A stretch of 64,000 nucleotides of DNA. Origin: Bulleidia sp. (lineage in GTDB: Bacteria; Bacillota_I; Bacilli_A; Erysipelotrichales; Erysipelotrichaceae). The DNA lies in NCBI GenBank assembly GCA_045543875.1, contig JAZPXY010000070.1, positions 46,402 through 110,401 of the forward strand. The letters run 5' to 3'. A program made the translations under genes and the position numbers. Positions 1 through 9,116 of the stretch are shown here, piece by piece (position 1 is the stretch's first letter; the number at the start of each line of letters is the position of its first letter). The notes beneath the pieces were generated by a model. It was not told the DNA's origin. It saw only the letters and a list, made by a program, of their open reading frames with translations, and ran no database searches.

Positions 1-435
1 GACGAGCACGCCCATACCGCCGATCCAGTGGGAAAAGGATCGCCAGAACAGAAGTCCGTGCGCCATCGACTCCACTTCCGGCAGGATCGATGATCCGGTG
101 GTCGTAAAGCCTGACACCATTTCGAACATGGCATCGACATAATTGGGGATGGCTTTCGACAGATAGAACGGAAGACAGCCCAGGGCACTCATCATGATCC
201 ATGACAGGCCTGTGGTCAGAAGACCTTCACGTGAATAGAATCTGCCCTTCCGGTAATGTCTTGTGATCAGTATCAATATTCCCGACACTGCCAGGATAAT
301 TGCAATAGATTTGAGGAACGCCGCCGATGCTGCTGTCTCATGCCGGGCCAGACTGATTCCCAGTCCCGGTGTCATCAGACCGGCTTCGATCAGAAGAATG
401 TAGGCGATGATCCTCCATACCAGTTTGAAATTCAT
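1..435 (-). CDS. trkH: TrkH-family potassium uptake permease (N-terminal part; runs off the window start)
   Basis: Not in the ORF track. Manual translation from ATG at 435: [21 protein letters not shown]...[22 protein letters not shown]...[18 protein letters not shown]...[18 protein letters not shown], showing the TrkH FE.vSGFTTTG and W.GGMG motifs. Directly downstream of trkA. Confidence 0.92.
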   Translation of the reverse strand, partial: MNFKLVWRIIAYILLIEAGLMTPGLGISLARHETAASAAFLKSIAIILAVSGILILITRHYRKGRFYSREGLLTTGLSWIMMSALGCLPFYLSKAIPNYVDAMFEMVSGFTTTGSSILPEVESMAHGLLFWRSFSHWIGGMGVLV

Positions 436-439
436 AGGC

Positions 440-1801
440 CTACTCTTCGAAGATGTCATTGAGCTGCAGGATCATATTATCCTTGCTGGTCACAACAACA
501 ACGGTATCTCCTTTCTGGAATGATGAGTTTCCGTGCGGAATCTCAGGTGTCGATCCGTGAATGATGGATACAATCAGAACATCTTTCTTGGTTTTGATCG
601 TACGCAGTTCTTCACCGATATGACGGGTATCTTCATCCACCTCGAATTCAATTGCCTCAGCATAGCCGTCGGCAATTCTGTGAATGGTCTTGGCCGCGCC
701 CTTCTTGGCCTGCATGGCTCTGACATAGCGGACAATGTGCATCGTGCACAGATCCTTCGGGCAGACGACCGATCCGATCGGCATGCTGTCAAGAAGATCG
801 GATTCATCACCGCGTCCCAGCTTGGTTACGATCTGCGGCACATTGTGGGCATGGGCATACATTGATGTGACAATATTCAGTTCATCCATGCCGGTCAGGG
901 AAATCACGGCATCATAATCGCTGATGTCTTCGCTTTCCAGTACCGAACGGTCGGAAATATCAGCATTGATGATCGTTGCATACGGCAGCGAAGCAGAAAG
1001 CTGCTGACATTTGTCTTCATCCATTTCAATGATCGTTGAAGTGATGTGCGACTTATGCAGTTCTTCTGCCAGATAATAAGAAATACGGCCGCCGCCCATG
1101 ATCACGGCATGACTTACCGGCATGTTGATGACGCCGATATGTGTCAGCATGTCATGGAGCTGATCCGGGGCACCGGTCACAAAGATCCTGTCCCCTTCCT
1201 TCAGCACAAAGTTGCCGTCCGGCATGATGCTGCGGCCGTCACGGATAACGGCACACACCAGAACCTGACAGCGCGTCTTCTGCGACAGCCGGCTCAGCTG
1301 CACATCCGCCAGCTGCGAATGATGGCCGATCCGCAGTTCCACAATTTCTACCTTTGCCTTGGCAAAAGCTTCTCTCTTCAGAAAGCCCGGATATTTCAGC
1401 AGGCGGGCAATTTCATTGGCAGCCGACCGTTCCGGATTGACTACCAGTGACATCTCAAAAACATTCTGCATCGTATAGGCCTGTTCCACATATTCCGGAT
1501 CACGGATACGGGCAATCGTATGCAGCTGCGGATTCAGTGCCTTGGCTGTAATGCAGCTCAGCAGATTGACTTCATCCGCATTTGTTGCAGCAATAAAAAC
1601 ATCGATGTCTTCAATGCCTGCTTCCTTCAGGGTAAGCATTGAGGCACTGTTGCCATGCAGTGTGATTACATCATATTTTGACATGACGTCTTCCAGGACT
1701 TTCCTGTTCATGTCGATCAGTGTTATATCATGGCCTTCTTCCGTCAGCTCCCGCGTAACAGCTCTTCCGACTTTGCCGGCTCCGGCAACTAGTATCTTCA
1801 T
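440..1801 (-). CDS. trkA: Trk system potassium transporter gating subunit TrkA (two RCK units)
   Basis: [12 protein letters not shown] and a second GGGRISYY Rossmann motif, with duplicated RCK_N/RCK_C architecture. Start taken at MKILV (1801). Confidence 0.95.
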   Translation of the reverse strand: MKILVAGAGKVGRAVTRELTEEGHDITLIDMNRKVLEDVMSKYDVITLHGNSASMLTLKEAGIEDIDVFIAATNADEVNLLSCITAKALNPQLHTIARIRDPEYVEQAYTMQNVFEMSLVVNPERSAANEIARLLKYPGFLKREAFAKAKVEIVELRIGHHSQLADVQLSRLSQKTRCQVLVCAVIRDGRSIMPDGNFVLKEGDRIFVTGAPDQLHDMLTHIGVINMPVSHAVIMGGGRISYYLAEELHKSHITSTIIEMDEDKCQQLSASLPYATIINADISDRSVLESEDISDYDAVISLTGMDELNIVTSMYAHAHNVPQIVTKLGRGDESDLLDSMPIGSVVCPKDLCTMHIVRYVRAMQAKKGAAKTIHRIADGYAEAIEFEVDEDTRHIGEELRTIKTKKDVLIVSIIHGSTPEIPHGNSSFQKGDTVVVVTSKDNMILQLNDIFEE

Positions 1802-1848
1802 AAAAAACACCCCTGTATTTACGCGATATCATTTTATCACCGCAAAAT

Positions 1849-1872
1849 GAAAAGACAACCTCGCGGGCTGTC
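1849..1872 (-). terminator. Probable intrinsic terminator after the 1873-2394 gene
   Basis: Minus strand GACAGCCC-GCGA-GGTTGTC-TTTT immediately after the stop codon. Confidence 0.55.
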
Positions 1873-2394
1873 TCAGTGCTGTTCGAGCTTTTTGAAAAAC
1901 GGTTCCAGGACACGCATGTATCTGTCCCAGTATACCGGATAGGCATCCACACCGCTGTAGGTGTATTCTTCCTCCTCATTGACGATGATGCTGAATTCCC
2001 ATTCATTGTTGCCGCGGATCTCACGGCCGTCATTTACCGGGATGAAGTATTTGTCCCAGTCATAGATGAACAGGTTTTCAAACAGCTTCTTCTTCAGTTC
2101 TCCCCATTCTTCCAGGCTCAGCATGTCTGCATACTTGTCGATGCCGCCTTCATTGGCATCATAGACTTCATACAGGCAGTCTTCATCTTCCTGGGCAAAG
2201 CGCAGATGAACCGAACCGGAAATATAGTCACCGAAACGGAAACGCAGACCGGTTACGGCCTCAGTCATCGGCACACCGTCATCCGAATACGGCACACGGC
2301 CGAAATCAGTATGGCAGTCTTCGCAGCGGTAGAATTCTTCTACATTTGTCACATTTCTGCTTCCGCAGTGCGGGCATACAGGAATCTTTGGCAT
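1873..2394 (-). CDS. Hypothetical protein with N-terminal zinc ribbon (CPHC...CEDC)
   Basis: 173-aa ORF with an AAGGAG SD upstream and two CxxC pairs. C-terminus not assignable. Confidence 0.75.
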   Translation of the reverse strand: MPKIPVCPHCGSRNVTNVEEFYRCEDCHTDFGRVPYSDDGVPMTEAVTGLRFRFGDYISGSVHLRFAQEDEDCLYEVYDANEGGIDKYADMLSLEEWGELKKKLFENLFIYDWDKYFIPVNDGREIRGNNEWEFSIIVNEEEEYTYSGVDAYPVYWDRYMRVLEPFFKKLEQH

Positions 2395-2494
2395 ATTATC
2401 TCCTTATTTCAATTACAGCTATTTATATCTTACACTATTTTCCCGGCAGAATTGCATCTGCTTTTCTGATTCCGGCCCTCTGCCCGGGGAAATC

Positions 2495-3061
2495 TCAGCC
2501 GTTTCCGGCATGGAGAATGATGTCGGCCCGTTCATAGATGCGGTATGCCTGAAAGTACATTTCCTCCAGCGGAATCCAGCGGTCAATGAACATCTGCAGT
2601 TTCTGCGGATTTCTTTTTGCCAGCCGTTCCAGCTGCAGCTGCGGATCAATATCAATGACCGCACTGATGTCATAGTATTTTCTCAGATCATCCCGCTGGC
2701 TGTAGCTGCCTTCGATGACGGCAACCGGATTGTCCTTCACAAAGACACTGTGTTCTGACAGTTTCATGACATCACAGTCAAACGGCACATAGGAGAAATC
2801 CCGTCTCTCAGAGAGCGGAATCAGCACTTCCTCCAGGAACCGTTCATGATCCACATTCTCTCCCGGCATCTGATATCTCTCCGGGGTTCTCTGCTCCGGT
2901 CTTAAAAAGAAATCATCCATATGAAACAGATTTCCGTTCCACTCGTCGCTCAGCCTTTTGCCCAGCGTTGATTTTCCCGAGGCACAGCGGCCGTCAATCG
3001 AGATGATGCATCTTCCTTTTTTGTTCAGGACCTCTCGGATCCTTCTGTTCAGTTCTTCCAT
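2495..3061 (-). CDS. Uridine-kinase-like P-loop kinase
   Basis: IDGRCASGKST Walker A, FHMDDFF and VIEGSYS. Start placed at MEELNRR (3061), which has a GAGG SD 6 nt upstream; the ORF track start is 3079. Confidence 0.72.
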   Translation of the reverse strand: MEELNRRIREVLNKKGRCIISIDGRCASGKSTLGKRLSDEWNGNLFHMDDFFLRPEQRTPERYQMPGENVDHERFLEEVLIPLSERRDFSYVPFDCDVMKLSEHSVFVKDNPVAVIEGSYSQRDDLRKYYDISAVIDIDPQLQLERLAKRNPQKLQMFIDRWIPLEEMYFQAYRIYERADIILHAGNG

Positions 3062-3097
3062 AGTCAGCCTCGCTGCCATTCATCATATCATGCATAA

Positions 3098-3128
3098 AGA
3101 GAAAAGACCCCGTCGGGTCTTTTCTCTT
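3098..3128. terminator. Intrinsic terminator hairpin (probably minus strand, possibly bidirectional)
   Basis: GAGAAAAGACCC-CGTC-GGGTCTTTTCTC perfect inverted repeat with A and T tracts on both sides. Confidence 0.75.
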
Positions 3129-3273
3129 CTTTTCTAATTTATAAGGGGATAGAAATCACTGATTGACTGCTAAGGGGGAGCATTCACTCAGGCAGATCTT
3201 TTTCTCTGCACCCATAATGTACATTTTGACTGTCAGTCAAATATGTAATAAATATGTAAAATTATGTGAAGAA

Positions 3274-4023
3274 TCAGCCGTGTTTCACTTTATGAAGTTC
3301 CTGGGATACAACATCGTTGAACATCAGGAAAGAAAAGGTATCTGAAAGGGCTGTATTGGTGGTTCCTGCCAGCGGCAGCGTCGGCAGGCAGATTACTTCA
3401 TCAAAGTTATGACGCAGCGGATGCTTGGAATTCACTGTAATCAGAACCAGATACGGCTTTATGACATTCTCGCACCGGAATTTTTTCAGGAATTCCTGAT
3501 GGGATGTACCGCTGATGGCAGAGTAGATCATGATCATATCGTTTTCTGCATATTCAAACGGCATCAGATCGGTCTGCGGCATCATTGAACAGATACTGTC
3601 ATCCAGCGAGAGCGTTATCAGCATTTCTTCTGCCGGCAGGCGGGAAAGATTGGTTCCCATCAGAATTACCTTCCGGCTGCTTCTCATCCGCTTGATCAGC
3701 TCTCTGATTTTTTCCCGGTCGGCAGACTTTTCTGTCTGCAGGATCAGGGTGGCATATTTGCTGCCGTTGGAATCCCCGGCCGGATTCTCTTTCATGCTTT
3801 TCAGATCCTGGGCCAGCTGATACTGCAGTTCCGCAAATCCGCTGAAGCCGAGTTTTTTGGCAAAGCGGGTCAGGGCCGGCTTGGTTGCCGAGGCATTGCG
3901 GGAAAGCTCGGTAATGCTGCGGGAAGCGAACTCATCCGGAAACTTTTTAATCATTTCATATATATGCCGGTCGGTCTTGGAAAAGGAACTTACCGACGCA
4001 TCCATCAGTTCAAGTATGTTCAT
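3274..4023 (-). CDS. MurR/RpiR-family transcriptional regulator
   Basis: N-terminal HTH SITELSRNASATKPALTRFAKKLGFSGFAELQYQL and an SIS-like C-terminal domain. Divergent from a PTS IIC gene. Confidence 0.88.
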   Translation of the reverse strand: MNILELMDASVSSFSKTDRHIYEMIKKFPDEFASRSITELSRNASATKPALTRFAKKLGFSGFAELQYQLAQDLKSMKENPAGDSNGSKYATLILQTEKSADREKIRELIKRMRSSRKVILMGTNLSRLPAEEMLITLSLDDSICSMMPQTDLMPFEYAENDMIMIYSAISGTSHQEFLKKFRCENVIKPYLVLITVNSKHPLRHNFDEVICLPTLPLAGTTNTALSDTFSFLMFNDVVSQELHKVKHG

Positions 4024-4063
4024 AAATATCTCCTAACTGTTTTCATTATAGCGCAAACAGAAA

Positions 4064-4095
4064 TGAAATGCATTTCAGAAATAAAATATGTTTCA
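4064..4095. promoter_or_regulatory. Candidate RpiR operator pair
   Basis: Perfect 14-bp palindrome TGAAATGCATTTCA (4064-4077) and a degenerate copy TAAAATATGTTTCA (4082-4095) between the regulator and the PTS promoter. Confidence 0.55.
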
Positions 4096-4112
4096 TTTTC
4101 GTTATTTTGATA

Positions 4113-4141
4113 TTGACACATGTTTTGCGCAGGGATATATT
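4113..4141 (+). promoter_or_regulatory. SigA-type promoter of the PTS IIC-deacetylase operon
   Basis: TTGACA-17 nt-TATATT. Confidence 0.75.
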
Positions 4142-4152
4142 GTGGTTGTGAA

Positions 4153-4166
4153 CAAAAGCGCTTTCA
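4153..4166. promoter_or_regulatory. cre-like (CcpA) catabolite repression site
   Basis: Reverse complement TGAAAGCGCTTTTG resembles TGWAANCGNTNWCA and lies just downstream of the predicted +1 of a sugar operon. Confidence 0.6.
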
Positions 4167-4214
4167 CAAAGACGCCTGATCAGCGTCGTGAAAAAACAGA
4201 GGAGAAAGAGAGAA

Positions 4215-5483
4215 ATGGAAAAGTTCCTAGACAAGCTGATTGCAATTTCCAGTAAATTTGCTCAGAACAGTGTACTCAATATCATTCAGGGCGCATTCAT
4301 GATGCTGATGCCGATTACCATGATCGGCGGCTTCGTTGCCCTGTTCAACGGCATTGGCATTGATGCCTACCAGGCATTCATTGCTTCGGCCGGAATCAAA
4401 GGCATTCTCAATGTCATCTATCAGTGGACGATCGGCATGTTCGGTGTCTACGTATCCTTCCTTGTTGCTCTGCAGTTTGCCAGAGTCCACAAGTGCTCAA
4501 AGTCTGACATCGCTGTCGGTCTGGTATCCATGGTCTGCTTCCTGATTGTCACACCGTATGTCATTCCGGAAGAACCGTTCGCACCTGCATCCCTGCCGGT
4601 CAACTGGCTTGGTGCTTCCGGCATGTTCACCGGCATCATCATTGCCTTCATTGTCGGCTATATCTTCAAGTTCTGCCAGAAGTACAACATTGTCATCAAG
4701 CTGCCGGAACAGGTTCCGCCGATGGTATCTGCCCAGTTCACCAGCATCATTCCGGGTGCCATTGCCATGATTCTGTTTGGAATTCTCAACGCTGTATTTG
4801 CCGGAACTTCTCTCGGTTCCTTCCACCAGCTGATCTATACGATCGTATCCGCACCTCTGAATGCCATCGGCGCCAACGTCTTCGGCGGCTGGCTGCTGAT
4901 GATTGTCCTCTATGGCCTCTGGTTCTGCGGTATCCACGGCGGCATGACAGTCGGTCCGATCATCATGATGCTGTTCATGCAGCTGCAGATGGAAAACATG
5001 AGCGCCTTCCAGGCTGGTCAGCCGCTGCCGCACATGTATATCGGCGATGCCCTGAGCTATGGCACAGGTTCCATTCCGATGATCATTGCTGCCCTGATCT
5101 TCTGCAAGTCCGAATCCGGAAAGTCCATTTCCAGACTTGGCTTCCTGCCGGCTCTGTTCGGTGTTGACGAACCTGTCTACTTCGGCATGCCGATGATCTT
5201 GAATCCGATCTTCTTCGTACCGTGGGTACTCATTGCTCCGACCGTATCCGTATTCGGAACCCATCTTCTGAAGATGATCGGCCTGCTCAGCTATTCCAAC
5301 GGCACCGGCGGTCAGAATGCCGCAAACCTTCCGTTCTTTGTCGGCAACCTGATGAACTACGGAATCAGCGGCCTGATCTGGGGCTGTGTCCTGTTCGCAG
5401 TCATCGTTCTTGCCTATGTGCCTTTCGTCAAGGCCTATGACAGGCAGATGCTTGCCCAGGAAGCAAAAACAGAAGAAAACTGA
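4215..5483 (+). CDS. PTS IIC component, lactose/cellobiose/chitobiose family
   Basis: About 10 TM helices with LWFCGIHG and LFGVDEPVYFGMPMILNP motifs. Start MEKFLDKL at 4215. Confidence 0.9.
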   Translation: MEKFLDKLIAISSKFAQNSVLNIIQGAFMMLMPITMIGGFVALFNGIGIDAYQAFIASAGIKGILNVIYQWTIGMFGVYVSFLVALQFARVHKCSKSDIAVGLVSMVCFLIVTPYVIPEEPFAPASLPVNWLGASGMFTGIIIAFIVGYIFKFCQKYNIVIKLPEQVPPMVSAQFTSIIPGAIAMILFGILNAVFAGTSLGSFHQLIYTIVSAPLNAIGANVFGGWLLMIVLYGLWFCGIHGGMTVGPIIMMLFMQLQMENMSAFQAGQPLPHMYIGDALSYGTGSIPMIIAALIFCKSESGKSISRLGFLPALFGVDEPVYFGMPMILNPIFFVPWVLIAPTVSVFGTHLLKMIGLLSYSNGTGGQNAANLPFFVGNLMNYGISGLIWGCVLFAVIVLAYVPFVKAYDRQMLAQEAKTEEN

Positions 5484-5542
5484 TATCATGCGGAGGAGGC
5501 ATCAAACCTCCTCCGTTTCAAAAAAGAAAGAGAGAACGAGAT

Positions 5543-6334
5543 ATGAAATTATTAGTACAGAGCGATGACTACGGAATCACCAGAGCGGTTTCCCTCGGCT
5601 GCATTCACGGCATCCGCAATGGTGTTGTCAGAAACACCGGCATGTTTGCCAATATGCCGTGGATCGAAGAATGCACGGAATGGATCCGTCCGTATCTCGG
5701 TCAGATTGCCTTCGGCATCGATCTCAATGCATCTACCGGTCCTTCCATTCTCGGTCATGAAAAGCTTCCGGCTCTGACCCATGAAGACGGAACCTTCCTC
5801 GGTTCAAAAGAAAACAGAGCTCTGGATACAGATGAGAATGATCATGATCATCTGGCAGCTCACCGCGATGAACTCTACGCTGAATTCAAGGCGCAGATCG
5901 AACGCTATATCGAACTGGTCGGCCATAAGCCGGACTATATTCACAATCATGCCTACGGCACAAAGACAACTGATGAAGTCACAAGAACCCTGGCAAAGGA
6001 ATACGGTGTACTGTGCTCCGTAGCCTTCATGGACCGGCCGGAAGTCAAGGAAGCCGGCATGGGCTGGTATGTATGGGGCGGTCCGGAAGCCCAGCTGAAC
6101 GAAGATCCGGTATCCTATATTACCTCTGACAAGGGAGAAATCCTGAATCAGGAATACGGCTACATCGTATCCCACTGCGGCTATGCCGATGCTGATCTCT
6201 TCAAGCTGACAAGCTTCACGCTCTGCCGGCCAAAGGATCTTGAGGCAATGACAAGTGATGCCGTAAAGAACTGGATCAAAGAAAACAACATTGAACTTGC
6301 ATCATTCAAGGATCTGCCGAAAGAGTGGATCTGA
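5543..6334 (+). CDS. ChbG/YdjC/HpnK-family carbohydrate deacetylase
   Basis: QSDDYGIT, TGMFANMP and PDYIHNH motifs. Follows the PTS IIC gene. Confidence 0.85.
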   Translation: MKLLVQSDDYGITRAVSLGCIHGIRNGVVRNTGMFANMPWIEECTEWIRPYLGQIAFGIDLNASTGPSILGHEKLPALTHEDGTFLGSKENRALDTDENDHDHLAAHRDELYAEFKAQIERYIELVGHKPDYIHNHAYGTKTTDEVTRTLAKEYGVLCSVAFMDRPEVKEAGMGWYVWGGPEAQLNEDPVSYITSDKGEILNQEYGYIVSHCGYADADLFKLTSFTLCRPKDLEAMTSDAVKNWIKENNIELASFKDLPKEWI

Positions 6335-6356
6335 AACCGCATATAACCCCTTTCAG

Positions 6357-6380
6357 AAGCTTCTTCGGAAGCTTTTTCTT
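6357..6380 (+). terminator. Intrinsic terminator
   Basis: AAGCTTC-TTCG-GAAGCTT-TTT downstream of the deacetylase stop. Confidence 0.75.
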
Positions 6381-6470
6381 TATCCTGATTGCCGGTCCCG
6401 CCGGCATCCTGTTGCCGAGATTTCACATCTATATGCTATAATGCATAATTGTATTATTGGAGACAGTCAT

Positions 6471-7910
6471 ATGAGAAAACTTTTCGCTCCCATATTGAGT
6501 ATATGCATGGCCCTGAGCATTTTTCCGTTTCAGCCGGTTCTGGCGGAAGAACCGCCCTATTCCGACAAAGAATACTGGAAAAACAAATGCACATCCGGTG
6601 ATCTGAGTGATGAAGACTATGAAGCCTGCGAAGGCTACAATGAGTATCTGAAATCTTCCTCCAGTTCTCTGAACGAACAGCTGGAAGCCCTGAAGTCACA
6701 GGAAGAAGACATCAAGAAAAACATTGCCGACTATGGTCTGAAGATTCAGAACTATCAGGAAGAAATCGATGCCAAGCAGGTTGAAATCAACCAGACCATC
6801 AATGACATCACTGCCAAGCAGATCGAAATCGACAACAAGCAGATTGAAATTGACAACAAGCAGGCAGAAATTGATGCCACCCAGGCAGAGATCGACGCTG
6901 CCAATGAAAAGATCAAGACCCGTATGGAGATTTCCCAGTCTTCCATGCGTCTCAACAAGTTCACTGACATCCTGATGGGTGCCGACAGCTTTGAGGAATT
7001 CCTGCGCATCTCTAACGGACTGAGCGCCATTTCCCAGTATGATCAGAAGATCCTTGATGACATGAAGGTTCTCCGCGAAAAGCTGAATACCCAGCGTCAG
7101 GAAATGGAAACAGCCAAGGCGGAAATGGAAGCCCAGAAAGCAGAGCTGGAAGAAATCAAGCGCTGGCTGGAAGATCAGCAGAATGAAATCATTCTGAAGC
7201 AGACTGAAGTGGAAATGGTCCGCAAGGCAGCCATGGAAGAAGAAGCCAAGATCAGAAGCCAGTCCGATCAGGTTGCCAGCAACATTGCCGAACTGAATTC
7301 GATGATGATCGAGCTGGTCAGAGCCGGCAAGCTGGACAACGTGACAATCACGACCAACGGCTGGACCTATCCGGTTCCGGGTGCCTACCGCAGTGCCGGT
7401 ACCTGGTCCTATGACGGCTATGGTGCCTACCCGCACCTCGGCATGGACTTTGCGGCCGGTGTCGGAACGACGGTCGTAGCCATCGGCAACGGTGTCGTTC
7501 TTCACTCCGTCAACGGCTGTCCGACCTACGGCTACCTCGGCAACTGGTGCGGTTCTGCCCAGGGCGGCGCGGCCGGCGGCGGCAACCAGGTCTTTGAACT
7601 GACGGTTATCAACGGTTCCCTCTATGCCATCTCCTATTACCACATGATGCTGAATTCTCCGGTCGCACCCGGCACCATCCTCTCCGCCGGCGACTATGTC
7701 GGAAGAGTCGGATCGGCCGGCAACTCCACCGGACCTCACTGCCATGTGGAAATCATGTACCTGGGAGACGGCTCCAACTTCTCCTATTATGCCCAGCACT
7801 GGAACGGCGACTTCGCCTTCGGCTGCGGCTGGCAGGGATATGACAGAAAATGTGATGCCGGCTACGGTGCACCGTGCCGCATCCGTCCGGAATCTGTCTT
7901 CGGATACTGA
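6471..7910 (+). CDS. Secreted coiled-coil plus M23 peptidase (EnvC/PcsB-like peptidoglycan hydrolase)
   Basis: Signal peptide MRKLFAPILSICMALSIFPFQPVLA, a long coiled coil, and M23 motifs HLGMD and STGPHCH. Extended -10 TGcTATAAT at 6434-6442. Confidence 0.88.
   Translation: MRKLFAPILSICMALSIFPFQPVLAEEPPYSDKEYWKNKCTSGDLSDEDYEACEGYNEYLKSSSSSLNEQLEALKSQEEDIKKNIADYGLKIQNYQEEIDAKQVEINQTINDITAKQIEIDNKQIEIDNKQAEIDATQAEIDAANEKIKTRMEISQSSMRLNKFTDILMGADSFEEFLRISNGLSAISQYDQKILDDMKVLREKLNTQRQEMETAKAEMEAQKAELEEIKRWLEDQQNEIILKQTEVEMVRKAAMEEEAKIRSQSDQVASNIAELNSMMIELVRAGKLDNVTITTNGWTYPVPGAYRSAGTWSYDGYGAYPHLGMDFAAGVGTTVVAIGNGVVLHSVNGCPTYGYLGNWCGSAQGGAAGGGNQVFELTVINGSLYAISYYHMMLNSPVAPGTILSAGDYVGRVGSAGNSTGPHCHVEIMYLGDGSNFSYYAQHWNGDFAFGCGWQGYDRKCDAGYGAPCRIRPESVFGY
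6816..6899 (+). repeat. Four tandem 21-bp in-frame heptad repeats
   Basis: aagcagatcgaaatcgacaac / aagcagattgaaattgacaac / aagcaggcagaaattgatgcc / acccaggcagagatcgacgct, encoding KQIEIDN KQIEIDN KQAEIDA TQAEIDA. Confidence 0.8.
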
Positions 7911-7920
7911 GAAACAGCAA

Positions 7921-7950
7921 AGGCTGCAGTGATACTGCAGCCTCTTTTTT
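7921..7950. terminator. Terminator between convergent genes
   Basis: AGGCTGCAGT-GAT-ACTGCAGCCT followed by CTTTTTT. Confidence 0.8.
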
Positions 7951-7954
7951 CTCG

Positions 7955-8404
7955 CTATTTTTCTTCCGGCATCAGCCTCATAAACTGCTGATCCAGTTTT
8001 TCCTTCGCTTCTTTTGCCTTGGCTTCCGCCCGGGCATCGGCCATTTCATCTTCCGGCAGGATCTCCATGATTACCCGCATCGTATCCCTAAATTCCGGCA
8101 GGATCTTTGCCAGCTGGGTTCTGACCTTCTCAAGTTCGGTAAAATTCCAGCTTCCTTCCAGTTTCAGATAATTCTCCAGGATCGTATTCAGATACGGCAT
8201 GTAGCGGTCATACAGACGGTCCAGTTCCCTTTCGCCGCTGTCAAACCAGTACTGCAGGTCCCGCAGATCCCGCAGCTGCCGGATCAGCAGGGACACTTCT
8301 TCCTGAATATTCTTGTCATAGATTTTTTCTTTTGCGTCTTCCAGGTAGGAGATATAGCCACCAGCCTGTTTCATATGCAGTTCTTTCTTTTCTTCTGTGC
8401 TCAT
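7955..8404 (-). CDS. Helical protein, possibly XpaC-like (5-bromo-4-chloroindolyl phosphate hydrolysis family)
   Basis: DRLYDRYMPYLNTILENYLKLE resembles the XpaC F..YYLPT..KLL..Y pattern; judged by eye only. Confidence 0.5.
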   Translation of the reverse strand: MSTEEKKELHMKQAGGYISYLEDAKEKIYDKNIQEEVSLLIRQLRDLRDLQYWFDSGERELDRLYDRYMPYLNTILENYLKLEGSWNFTELEKVRTQLAKILPEFRDTMRVIMEILPEDEMADARAEAKAKEAKEKLDQQFMRLMPEEK

Positions 8405-8458
8405 TCCTGCAAACCATTCTTTCTCTGCAGCTTCATTATAGCAAAAGAAAAACAGGCA

Positions 8459-9106
8459 TTACGCCTGTCCGGAAGATTCCATGAAAAGGGAAATGATCCA
8501 GTCGCTGTTGATCAGCGGGAAGTCCTCTTCATTGATTTCAAAGCGGTCGCTCTCAGCCCGGATCTCCTCATCCAGAAGATTGACGGGAATCAGAAATGAC
8601 AGTCCCTTGTCATCGGTGCGGACATTGATCTTCATGACCCCGTCACTGACATTCTGGTATTCCACCGAAGTCACATCCTGGGGGTTGCCGTTGCGGCTGT
8701 CAATGAACTCAATGAAGCTGTCATACTTGGCCAGCTCCACGGCAATGTCGGAAACGCCGTCTTCGAAGATCTGGATCTTTTCGGTAAATTCCTTAATTTC
8801 CGCACACCGGCGCAGCCGGTATCCCTGCTTCAGCAGCGGTCTTGCGGAAGCCCGCATGGCCGCCTCTTCGCCGGTTCCCTGCGACAGCCACAGAACAAAC
8901 TTATGTGTCGGATCGGCATAGACCAGCGGATACTGGACCATGAAGTCAGTATGGCAGTGCGGGCAGGAATGGCGGAAGATGTCGCCGCTCAGGCAGGCAT
9001 CCCTGAGATCGGGATCCGTTTCCGTATTCACGCTTTCATAGACGGTGATATCAAATTCTCTGCCGCAGTACGGGCAGGTGTATTTCAGTTCTCTGGATTT
9101 GCTCAT
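8459..9106 (-). CDS. CpXC domain-containing protein
   Basis: CPYCG...YESVNTETDPDLRDACLSGDIF..SCPHC....V.YPLVY.DP, the typical CpXC pattern. Confidence 0.8.
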   Translation of the reverse strand: MSKSRELKYTCPYCGREFDITVYESVNTETDPDLRDACLSGDIFRHSCPHCHTDFMVQYPLVYADPTHKFVLWLSQGTGEEAAMRASARPLLKQGYRLRRCAEIKEFTEKIQIFEDGVSDIAVELAKYDSFIEFIDSRNGNPQDVTSVEYQNVSDGVMKINVRTDDKGLSFLIPVNLLDEEIRAESDRFEINEEDFPLINSDWIISLFMESSGQA

Positions 9107-9116
9107 AATACCTCAT

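Noticed and set aside
1802-1872. c-di-AMP (ydaO) riboswitch upstream of trkA
   Set aside because: The spacer is too short and lacks the motif; only a terminator hairpin is present.
6816-6899. Short tandem repeats as a CRISPR-like array
   Set aside because: They are contiguous in-frame 21-bp coiled-coil heptads without spacers, and there are no cas genes.
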